Shown here one piece after another: positions 14,001 to 25,632 of a DNA stretch of 64,000 bases. Where the stretch lies: assembly GCA_003344405.1 (NCBI GenBank), contig NOWV01000010.1, forward strand, positions 186,001 to 250,000, in the 5' to 3' direction. The translations under genes were made by a program, and so were the position numbers. Below the pieces are notes generated by a model that was not told the origin of the DNA, made no database searches, and was given only the letters and a program-made list of their open reading frames with translations. The stretch's first letter is position 1. Each line of letters starts with the position of its first letter. This DNA comes from Trichoplax sp. H2 (taxonomy: Eukaryota).

Positions 14001-14730
14001 GCTATCTTATGTTGCTGCTATTTGAGAAAATCAATAGATCGGCAAAGCAGTGAGTATTTTACTTGCTATAGATTGGTAATGCAATGCTTCACCTTCGAGA
14101 GTTTCAATTTAGGTTTAAATTGAACCAGAATTTCACTAGATGTCATACACTGACTATTGTATTGACAGTGAATTATTATCTGTTTTAATATATTTCGCAA
14201 TTGGCTTTAATTCCGCTTTTTATCGTTCTATACTGACTGTAAATATTACTGCTCTATAGTATACAGCACACATTTACACTTAGTTGGCTGCAATGATGCA
14301 CTATCCTGTGTTTTGTACTACATGGAACTTGCCTTGTGCGGTATCAGTAAATCGCGCTTGCATATCGCCAATAAAGTATGTTCCCGAACCAAAGCTAATT
14401 TGTTCAATATTCTTTAAATTAATTAAGACATCATCTCTCACGGGTATATATAGCGTTTCATTTCTTTGCGAATATACTTCCGATTCAAAAACACCATTAC
14501 AAGACTCGATCCAAATGAACCATCTGCTTGGAGATATCACACCAGTATAATGACCAATTTTATTGTCAGATAGTAACGAGGATTCCTGATCATCGATAGG
14601 TTTGCACGTATGCTGATATTCTGTATCTTCACTCCTTAATCGTTTTAGTGATGGCGGATTGAGGTGTTGATTTATTGCTTTAGCCTGGGTTTCAGCAGCT
14701 GAGAACTGTTTCCACATATTGCCACTACAG
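11060..14730 (-). pseudogene. Candidate unannotated or decayed multi-exon gene (tentatively OB-fold-like)
   Basis: A long open frame at 14301-14774 plus a series of AG..GT-bounded segments at about 14092-14143, 13546-13636, 13335-13480, 12926-13008, 12557-12683, 12153-12184, 11767-11851 and 11070-11154. Several carry stops or phase mismatches. Confidence 0.35.
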
Positions 14731-14949
14731 ACTAAAGAAGAGTAAAAAGAGTAAACTGCATTAACTATAACCAAAAATACAGTAAGTACTGTATATAGTA
14801 TTTATTTACACTTAGCGATGCCAGGCCGATCTGTGCCTTTTGCTAATTATAATTATTATTAATTAATAATTAATAACCACAGTCATTACTTTTCTTTGAA
14901 TTAATTTTAATTTAATTTTATTTATTTATTCACTGTAAAGTTAGAATTT

Positions 14950-15960
14950 TATTTTTGTACTGTACTGTACGTACAGTACTGTACACTGTACAGTAAAGAC
15001 GTGCAGTACAGTACAGTGCTACGCTATACAGTACTGTACTCTACTCTATTCTTCATTTTCACAATGACGTCAAAGCTTACAGTATATGCATAAGGGTCTA
15101 CCGTTGAAGATGGCGTAATCGTTATAATGATAGCTATACTGTACTGTACAGTACAGTATGGATGATATGATACCATCTACAGTGCTAACTATTCAATGAT
15201 ACAGTACTGTACTGTACTGTATACCGTACTGTAGTACTGTATTTTTTCAACCTTATTAACGTCTGAAAAGCTAACATTTACTGTACTGTACTGTAGTCTG
15301 TAGGTAATGCGTTGCAAGTGTGAACGGCGTACAGTAAAGTACTGTACGAACAGTATATAACCCGGCGCTTTTCAATACAATAAAGGGAGAATAGGAGTTA
15401 GTAGTTAATTTTACAATAACTTCAACTACGTGTCCAATCTCTTGTCTTCTATGCTGATTGAGAGTAGTACGAACCTTCAATACAGTTGTTAGTATTAACT
15501 CTAGATAGCAATACACAACATACAGTACAGTACACTACTGTACGAGAATGTATTTGATGTCGGGGGATGTACTGTACACTTGTGCTGTACATTATTACAC
15601 ACCCTCTTTAAGGGTCTCTATAGTGTGCTGTACTGTACATCCTCCGACATCAGACACTGTTTTACTGTACTGTATTAATAGAGTAGAGTACACTGACATC
15701 ATAGAGGGTCTGTACAGTACAGCACTGTAGAGTGTACCGTACAGAAGCACTGTACTGTACACTGTAGACTTACAGTGTAGAGAACAGTACAGTTCCTTTA
15801 AATACAGTATATTGTACTGTATTCAATGGCCATGTACTGTACTGTATGGACCACCGTAAGGTCTGAGGCAATGGTAACAGTTAGGAATCATGCATGCATA
15901 CTGTAGTCACTAACATCACAGGAACGTACAGTATCGTACTGTACTGTACTGTACAGTATA
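14950..15960. repeat. TACAG/CTGTA island upstream of AP-1 mu
   Basis: Many (TACTG)n/(CAGTA)n runs, ending about 200 bp before the ATG. Confidence 0.85.
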
Positions 15961-16168
15961 TGGTGCAACTTGTATGGTGCAGCATATTGCACCGACAAGT
16001 ACGGTGGTGGACGACATTGTTGACTAGCTAACCTTACACCGCAAGTTGATCATCTGAGATCCATCACTGGTTCAGTGATCCATCGTCATTTCCTTGTGAA
16101 GTAGACCTATTCTACTATTTTTATTAATACAAGACTCTGGTAGACTGGTACTCAATCAATTTCTTCAC

Positions 16169-19100
16169 ATGTCGATCTCTTCTATCTATTTCCTGGACCT
16201 GAAGGGCAAGGTTGTATGGCATCATTTTTGTTTCTCTAGCCATTGTCCGTACGCTCCTAATTTCTAGCGCACTGTAGTATGTAGTGTATAGTAGACACGG
16301 CACTCGGTTGCTTGCAAGAAACTAATATCTTTTACTAAGTTGTTGCTTTGGTTAAAAATTTTCGTTATCTAAACGATTATTGTATTTGTATGATTTAATA
16401 CAATACAAACTATAGTTATCGAGATTGGGATTATATTATGGATGAACTAAACCTTATTAAACTGATAGCGAATAGAAAATACTTTCCATGTTTGTAAATG
16501 ATCGTAAATTAATAAGTAATCAGGCCTAAGATTGTTTTAAGATCGTGGTGTACTGTTAATTCTTTTAATTCGACACACTGACATCAATGTGCAGGTTATC
16601 ATCGAAATTGATATGTGAATTAGATATAGTTAAGATAGTAGAAAATGGAACCAAACTATAATCTCACAATTTTATTTGTAACCGACTAATGGTAAAGTAG
16701 TATTTATAGCAGAAGCAGCTTACAAATATCTTAGTCACATGTTGTTATCTAGCAGCTTTGAAATCAGCTCTTTATGCTCACAATCAATTAACTTGTTGAA
16801 ATTATAAATGTGAAGAGTAAAAGTAAGATTGACGTTGATTGCATGCTACATAGTTGATGTTTCTAATGGTTTACCTCTATTTTATAATTCTTTCTTAGTA
16901 AACTTACAAATTTGCCATATAAAATAAAAAATATACTAGATAAGCTAATAAGATATTTTCTGCTCCATCCAGGTCCTAATATCACGTAATTATCGCGGAG
17001 AAGTCCACAGCCATGCTATCGATAAATTTTTACCATTGGTGTTAGAGAATGAAGATGAGGGAAACTTATCTCCTATTATAGTGTCTAATGGCGTTACTTT
17101 TATGTACATCAAACACAATAACGTTTACAGTATCCTCCAATCTATAATTTTAATTATTTACAGCAGTAGAAGATTGCGGTTAATAACAACGAAGTGCTGT
17201 AAACCCTAAAATTTTTAAGTAAATTTTAGCATTTTACTCCTTTATAAATTTGATGTAATTTCTTAACAACCGATTTTCAGTGGTTGCATCAACAAAAAAA
17301 AATGCCAATGTCGCTCTTGTTTTTGTATTTCTTCATAAATTGCAGACGGTAAGATGATCGTATTTAAATTTATTACACATCAATCAGTTTTTTCATATTT
17401 CGTAAATCGAAAATGAATTTGAATCGTTACTTGTCATGAAAATATCCATTTCTTCCTCTTAGTTATTACTGGAATACTTTAAAGAATTAGAAGAAGAGAG
17501 TATTAGGGATAACTTTATCGTGGTTTACGAGCTACTGGACGAGCTAGTTGATTTTGGATACCCACAAGTTACAGAAGGCAAAGTTCTTAAAGAGTATGTT
17601 TGCCAAGGGAAATCTCTACCTATTATGATCATATTTACAAAACTAGTTAGAACATGCAAGCCAAGCTCGATTCTGTTACGGCTGACTCTGTTACTTTTTA
17701 CATATATATTCTTCTTAAAATCGCAACACTGATATACGTCATATGCTACAGGTACATCACACAGGAAACCCATAAGCTTGAAATAGCCCCTAAATTGCCG
17801 ATGGCAGTTACTAATGCGGTTTCATGGAGAAATGAAAACATTAAATATCGCAAAAATGAAGTATTTCTAGATGTTATTGAATCTGTCAATATTTTGGTAC
17901 GTTAATTTGCTATCTGAACACGTAATTCACTGTTTATGGGGTAACTTTGCTTGTAGCTGAACACTATTATACCGAATCAGGATATGCTTACACTATAGAC
18001 TGCACAGTAAATATACGTTTTGTATTTGTTATAGCCAAATAATTATTCGAAAGCTTTATTCATACGTATTACCGCTACCCTTAAGAAATATTTATAAAAT
18101 GATTGAATTCATTAATCCAACTACCATTGATATAAATGTACTACACTTCAAAGTAGATTTGTTTGCCTTAATATACGCTGGATGTGTTGTAGGTAAATTC
18201 TAACGGTAACGTTGTGCAAAGTGAAATCGTCGGATCAGTTAAAATGAAAGTCCATTTGACTGGTATGCCAGAATTGAGGCTTGGCTTGAATGATAAAGTT
18301 CTTTTCGAAAATACAGGACGTAAGTGCTATATTCTATATCCGTTAAACACTTCGAAAATATCTGTTCATTAATTTAGACAGATATGCGAATGGTAAGGAT
18401 GGATAAAGATCTTATTCTTCAAAGGATTATACGTTATCTTGTGACCGTATAATTATTTCAGGTACTAGAAGTAAAGCTGTTGACCTAGAAGATGTTAAGT
18501 TTCATCAGTGCGTGCGCTTATCGCGATTTGAAAACGATCGTACAATTTCATTCATACCTCCAGATGGTGAATTTGAGTTGATGTCGTATCGCTTAAGTAC
18601 GCAGGTAAGACAACAAACCTTGCCTGTATTGCAACTCTATATATAGCCGACGGGTTTAATTGCTACGAACTCATTATTCATCAATCAACCGATTTATATT
18701 ATAGATAAAACCATTAGTTTGGATTGAAGCGGTTATTGAACGACATTCTCACAGTAGAGTTGAATATATGATAAAGGTAGTCTCATTATGCTATTTATAT
18801 GTTAAAATTTAACAGCAATGTCAATGTCTAACTTCTGACGTAATAATAAATTTAGGCTAGAAGCCAGTTTAAGCGCCGCTCAACTGCAAATAACGTCATT
18901 ATTCGAGTACCTGTACCTCCAGATGCCGATTCGCCAAAGTTTAAGGTGAGTAACGTAAAGAAGTGTAACTTTTAACTCTTAGCTAAGTTATCACCCTATT
19001 CTTGCAACAATTAGGCAAATGTTGGAGCGGTCCGCTATGCCCCGGAAAAAAACGAGATTTTATGGTCGATTAAGTCCTTCCCGGTAATTTTAATATTTTA

Positions 19101-19724
19101 AGCCATAGTCTCAGTGTATAGATTTAACCATTGGTATTAGCTAAGTCTCGGAGTAGCATTTACTTTTCATGCATTGTATTTTCTGCAATATAATAGGGTG
19201 GTAAAGAGTTTCTTATGCGTGCTCATTTTGGATTACCAAGTATTGAAGGAGGTTAAAATCCAAAAATTTTAAACAATTTCTATTTTAATTGTTTTTAATG
19301 ATGTCGCATACTAAATAGCTTCAATAACTATGATTATATTATCTACAGAAGAGGCAGATAGAAGACCCCCAATTCGCGTAGAATTCGAAATTCCTTATTT
19401 TACTACGTCGGGAATTCAGGTAAAAGTATTTATTTATTTTGAAAATGATCTAGGCTAGCTTATAGTAGACAACAGCGCAGTAAACACTCTCTAGATATTA
19501 AAAATAATTAGTATAAAGTAATCACAACTAATCGTTACGCTGATCAATACTAGGTTCGCTACTTAAAAATTGTCGAAAAAGGAGGCTATCAGGCCCTTCC
19601 TTGGGTACGCTATATCACGAAAAACGGAGGTAAGTCTTAATGTGATGTTTGTGTATTTTTTTAAATTAATTAACCTCTATGCCTGGTATTTGATTGATCA
19701 GATTATCAAGTTCGAACAAGTTAG
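16169..19724 (+). CDS. AP1M1: AP-1 adaptor complex mu subunit (multi-exon)
   Basis: [23 protein letters not shown]...; [68 protein letters not shown]-terminus [21 protein letters not shown] with TAG at 19722-19724. Confidence 0.97.
17130..17280 (+). other. U12-type (minor) GT-AG intron in AP-1 mu
   Basis: 5' site GTATCCTCC; branch-like TTTCTTAAC ending 13 nt before the 3' end. Splicing restores KHNNVY-M-VASTKKN. Confidence 0.75.
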
Positions 19725-21526
19725 TTGGATTATCTATTATCGCAAAGGAATTTTAGGCTCGCACTTACCGAGCTCAGTCTTAGCATGGTAATCCAATCAG
19801 TTGTTTTCATGTATTTATATTTGCGTCCTGTTATCGTTTTTGCAATTAATGAAATCGTAGATTAATTTCTTGTTTATCTTCTGTACTTGTAACATCGTAC
19901 GTAGTTATAGCAGTAGGCAATATTCAGCTATACTTTTATATGTTGTATGATCGTGTGAGAAACATTTAGTCATTGCATAAAGCAGCCGAGGTTACTGATT
20001 TACAATGGCAGTCTGTCAGCTTGCGATGAAAGGTATTGATTGATAGCAACTACTAGTGTATTCAGCTACAATAAGTGAAGATATATTATAATCTGTTAAC
20101 AAAATTTCGTCAGTCGCATAAGTTTGCTTAAAGAAAATTGATACGCAGTCCGTTATCTCATATAAAATTATAATGAAAGTTCATTTTCCTTGTGTAACTT
20201 TTGCCCAGAGTCACATTACAAGTTTTCCCAGATAACTGTTATTGCATAATTATAATATGAAATAAAAACTTTTTTAAGTTTACAGTGTAAACAGAGTTTC
20301 TATCTTTTTTATCGCTACGTTCGCGTTAAAATATTGTATGGGATATGCATATTACACCTAATAAACTCCCTGAAGCATAATAAACCCATCATGAAACTTT
20401 ATGAGCGATAAATTTACAAGCTCACTAAGCTTTGGCATATACCTGCTTATTTAAATTGACTAAAATAGTGCTATTTACGTATATATGATATAAGCCTGGC
20501 TCGATATCGATCGTATTGTTGATGTAATAAAGAGTAGTTACTACTGTAGCCCTAACGATTGAATGGTTACAGCAAAGTATAGAATCTGAACGTAATATAA
20601 TAAATGCACTTACATCCATATAGTATAAAACCTGGAAAATTTCTTGCTGCATTATAGTGCCGATACAGTAAGGTAAACGTGCAATACCGATCTTAAAGAT
20701 AAAGGTAAAGTAATTGAGAGCTACTTGTAAATTCTGATTGAAAAAGAATCACAAATATCATGAAAAAGGCACAAATTTCAATGATGTCTTAAATTTATTA
20801 TACTGTAATATCTACGGATCAGATTTATTGATAATGTGTAAATTACTAACAGATAGCGTTAAAGTTCGTCTCTTTATAATTCTAATCCTAAGAATGTCAG
20901 ATGTTCTATCTCGATGACCAAAACATTTTATCACTTTAATTAAATCTAGTGAGTAAAACTTTTAATTAATCTACCTTAGGGCAGAGTTAATGATAATTCG
21001 TAATAGATATTACATAAATAATATTGATTTCGCTGAACAAGTAAATAATATGTGTGTATAAATAACGAAAAGAAAATATCATGGTATATTCCCTTCAATT
21101 AATATGCAAATAATTACGCGTATTAGGGTACGCTCATCTGCGCCTTTGCAGCTCGTATCATATCAATCATTCTGTTGTTATACAGCGTTCAGATATCACG
21201 CGTGACTTTCAGCTGGCTTTGAACCTATGCACTTACAATGGCTACCGAAATCGTCATACTTATAGGAGTCAATACTATCATTGTAATTATAAGATACTAA
21301 AAAATAATATTGTTTTAGCTCTGCTGACTTCAGCAGGAGTTTCTGCAAGCTTCATATTAGTGATGATTTGTTCTTGACATATCGAGTAAAGTTAAAATTA
21401 GCTATCGATAACCATAGTTATACGGTGCAATAGTCGAAACAAGAGAGTACATAAATAGAAAATAATTTGGGGGCGATAGTTTTACTGAACGGTTCATTTC
21501 ACTCGCTGTTACACATAAGAGGCAAA

Positions 21527-24500
21527 TTAAGTTTCAGCTCCATATCCCATTACACCAATTGTATTTGCGTTGTTATTAACTTTTGATTTCTTCATTTCAA
21601 AATCTACTGGAGTAGTTTGCCTGTTGTCTCTATTTCGCCGTTGAGGCCAGTATTGCATCTTATCAAAAATATAGAATACAATTTCACAAACAGTTAGCAT
21701 GCTGACGCCAATAAAAAGACCAAGTTGCCCACCAATGTTACCTGAGGTATTGAAAATTAAAGTTAATGTTGGGAAATTTTTTACTTTATAGTCTAAACAG
21801 ATTGACAGAATTAGACTAGGGTAAATCTGCTACATTATAGTAAAAGATTTGAATAGAAAATTATGATTTTTCCATGGCTACTTAACACGAAATAGTTTAC
21901 GATTGTAATTATCAAGGCGAACCATGTACTTACTTAAAACCTCTTCGGGTGTAATATCTTGCTCTTGTTGTACGGTGGTATGAGCTAAATCCGAAAAGAA
22001 TACGTCTAGTTGCACAATGTTATCCCTAGTGTAATAAGAAAAAGCTTTTCGGATTAAATTTTTACTTTAATTTTTAAAAATTGAACATTTAAGTTATTTA
22101 ATATCATGTCAGTACATATTTCTTACAAGAATGATATAATTATACATAAATTATGCTTTACTACGTTATGATCAGGAGATCACGTACGCTATTCGATTTA
22201 ATTTTCAATTAATACGTGTATTAATAAATAAAATTATAATAATATCAAAGCGAATAGCAGCACATTTATACGACATGTCACTAGTGGGTTTCTAGTTTTG
22301 TATAATTTATTTGCTATACTCAATACCTGATATAGTCTTGAACAGTATATGACGATGGAAGTAAGCCTAACCCCTGCATATATGCAAGTTTCGTCGAAAG
22401 ATCTAATCGCTTATTTAAAATATTACCGTAAGCTAAAGTTCCAATTGAAGAGCTGGAAATCGTTTTAGGGAACAGTTTACGTGCACATGCAATTTTGCAT
22501 GAATTCGATATTCTATAGTTTCGCGATGCTAGGTCTACAATATATTAAAAAAATGCATAGAATTTCCATTAATAATTCCTTAAAAATACCACTACCTGAT
22601 TAATTCTGATATATTTATCATATTTTTATATCGGCTACCGCTTACCCAGCTGTGGTATAACGCATGTAACAGTGTCCAATGTAGTGCAGATAGTGTAGTT
22701 CACAGTAGATTCTAATGTATAGGAATATTAGTTAATCCAAATTAATTGACTTAAAAATCTGTATGAATAAATTTTCCAACTATAAATATAACGAAAATAA
22801 TAAAATTGAATGACATATCTAAACATTAAACAAAATAATAATGTAAGTTACGTTGCTTTGTATATGCTATCTGCCTTAAATATGATAAAATCTGATATAC
22901 AAAGTGAAAACAGATTTAGAGTAAAAGCTCTATAATGGCGGCCTATTTAGGGAATCATATATCAAGTTTAACCTCTAAGAAAGTGGAAGTTCAATAACAT
23001 GGAATAAAGTAAACCAAATAATATTATACTTTTGTTAATTAAGATTGGAAATAATGACTATATGTTGATACGAATCAATTTATTATTCTAATATTTTTAA
23101 CTACCTGACACTTCTTTAAATCTACACTTGCATAGATTCATAACATAAAGTGATTCCTTTTCTTGTTTGCAAGCTTCGCGGGTATATTTCCTATAAAATG
23201 CTAGTTCTTGATCGTCACATTCTCCCCAACGTGGTTTCAAATACTTTTCTATCTGTAATTACAAACTCATATCACGATTCCTTAGAAACAAAAGTACTTT
23301 CTACAGTATAACGCATCTTTCTGCAAGTCATACAGCAATAAAGGCCTACTTGCATCAATATGATAAATAGTAATAGATAGATAAGAGTATGGTGTGCAAC
23401 GAAAATTTCATAAGTAATCGTTCTTACTATGACTATATTAGCATTATTACTACGCGTATAAGTATTGGATGAATTAAATTTAAAATGTTAGAAAAAAAGC
23501 TAAGTTCATATGCAACGCGCTAATATAAAACATCTTTCTCGAAATGGTGCTTACGAGAGTTTGGTGTAAAGAAATACTGGTATATCTGCCCACACCAACG
23601 GAAATTTCATTAATAGTCATACTACTGGTCTCGAACTGATCGTGTATGGCTATAATAAATCCAGCCTGATAGCGGTAAAAAAAATCAAGTGTGCTATATT
23701 TGTACTGTTCCGCATCTAGTACCAACTGTAAGCCAAACGAAGGCCCTCTACCAACTTGTCTATGGAACGAAGAGTTATTGCCTAAAGTAATAAACAAATA
23801 AGTACATCCAATTCTTATTTTCTACCCGGACATAATCTAAATTAAACAATTTATCACTGGTTCATCAATTACAATAAAATTTTCGATATCGTTTACTATG
23901 CATCTTTTTTGCTATACTTTCGAAGATTCGCTTATTGTACTTTGTCCTCTGTTCTCTATTCTCAGTAAATGTAAGATTAAGGTCGTTATCATTCTTTTCC
24001 ACCGATTGTATAATACCCTGACTTGCAATTGCTCGTACAGTATAGATATCGGAAATTTAGAACAAGGTTAAATATATCAGCTTCTTTCAGATCTCGGTCA
24101 CCTTAGGGTACTGAATTCGAGTTCAGTTTATAAAATTAAAGATTTGGCAATAGGGTTGGATTTTAAAATTAATCAGTTCACCGATTATTTAAAAATGCAT
24201 TGAAATCTGTGCAAGATTTGCGTGAACAGAGATGAATGTCTTAGACAAAACTACAGAGATAACTGATTTGAGCAAAGATTTATCTATCTTATTCTACGTA
24301 AAAATTCAAAATGGCAATTTCCTGCAAATATAAGAATTGGCATAATTTCAGATCAGCTTAAGTCCTCAAGACTTCACATGATCATCTAAGCACTTAGTGA
24401 TTATTATGAAACGTTTCTAGTAAAGATGAAAAACTGAGACCTACTACTTTTCGACGTTATAGTATCTTATATTGATATCTCTACATAATAACTGAACCAT

Positions 24501-25220
24501 TTAAAGTGTTGGTGCTGTATAATAGAATCATTAGGCTATTCTGATCGTATTTAATTCGATGAAAGATCAGTTCAATTTCATTCAATGCCATCTCCAATGA
24601 AAATGGCTAAATTTCTTTAGTACGGTACCTCCATTTCCGTTTCCACCTCTTTGTAGTATTCCTGCATTAAACTGATAGCATAGACCAAAATTGGGTTCGA
24701 CAACTTCAGTAAAACTATTTAGACAATTAAAGTTATGGTAGGTGCATTCAAGGATAATATCTGTAAGTTTAAATCCAAAAGCTCGAGCAAAAAAACCATA
24801 ATCTGCATGCTGTCCAAATCTAGCCGCAATTATTTCTGATGTTAGGCCAAGATTTACAAGATCTAATGCAGATCGATTGTAATTACTAAATACAGAATTG
24901 ACCACCGCCAAGACATCCGGATCCATCTTAGTTTTATCCAAATAGTTGGAATTGCATATAGTTACAGCTGGAAAGACTGAACTGTTGGAATATCGGACTT
25001 TAGATGTAATTTTTGTTGGATATTGAAACGCTGCTATAACGATTCTGGATGATTGGAGTATACATGCAGAAGTCGCTACTACTGTTAATAACATCCAAAA
25101 GTATCGTCGGTAGTGCGTCGTTTGGGGTTTATAAAACTGTCCAAAACCATGATAAGAGGTAGCATTTGCGAAATCTTTCTCTAGATTTGTTGATTGAATA
25201 TCGTTGTTAGCAGTTTCCAT
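21527..25220 (-). CDS. Degenerin/ENaC/ASIC family sodium channel subunit
   Basis: N-terminal HG motif (TSYHGF), TM1, FPAVTICNSN, GLCYQFN, GLQLVLDAEQ, Cys-rich thumb, DNIVQLDVFF, TM2 SNIGGQLGLFIGVSMLTVCE; stop at 21527-21529. Confidence 0.95.
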
Positions 25221-25606
25221 GATAGCTTAATATTATAAAAGGTTCGCTTAATTGAGAAGGAATTTATAGCATCGAATATTGCAATGATCGGAAATAAGTA
25301 CTGGATAGAAGATCACTTGTAAATTCTCCAACTTTCTAATAAAAACTTCTAATGCATTATAGTTTTCGCAGGTTTATGTTCGTTTCTTTTACCGTAGTAC
25401 CAACTTGATATATAAAACCTTAAGAAGACAAAGATTAACTTCGTTAACTGTACTGTTATTCATCGTTTCCTAATTTTGTACTAAAGTAATAGTCTGTTAG
25501 CTACTGAGTTGACATCTAACAATAAATTGGCAGCGCTAATTTACTGAATATGTTATATGCCTACACAAACGTGAAACTGAATAGGATATAGTCATAATTT
25601 TTTTGT

Positions 25607-25632
25607 GGGAGAGGGGAGAGGGGAGAGGGAGG
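25607..25632. repeat. G/A polypurine tract upstream of the Deg/ENaC gene
   Basis: gggagaggggagaggggagagggagg, four runs of three or more G. Confidence 0.7.
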
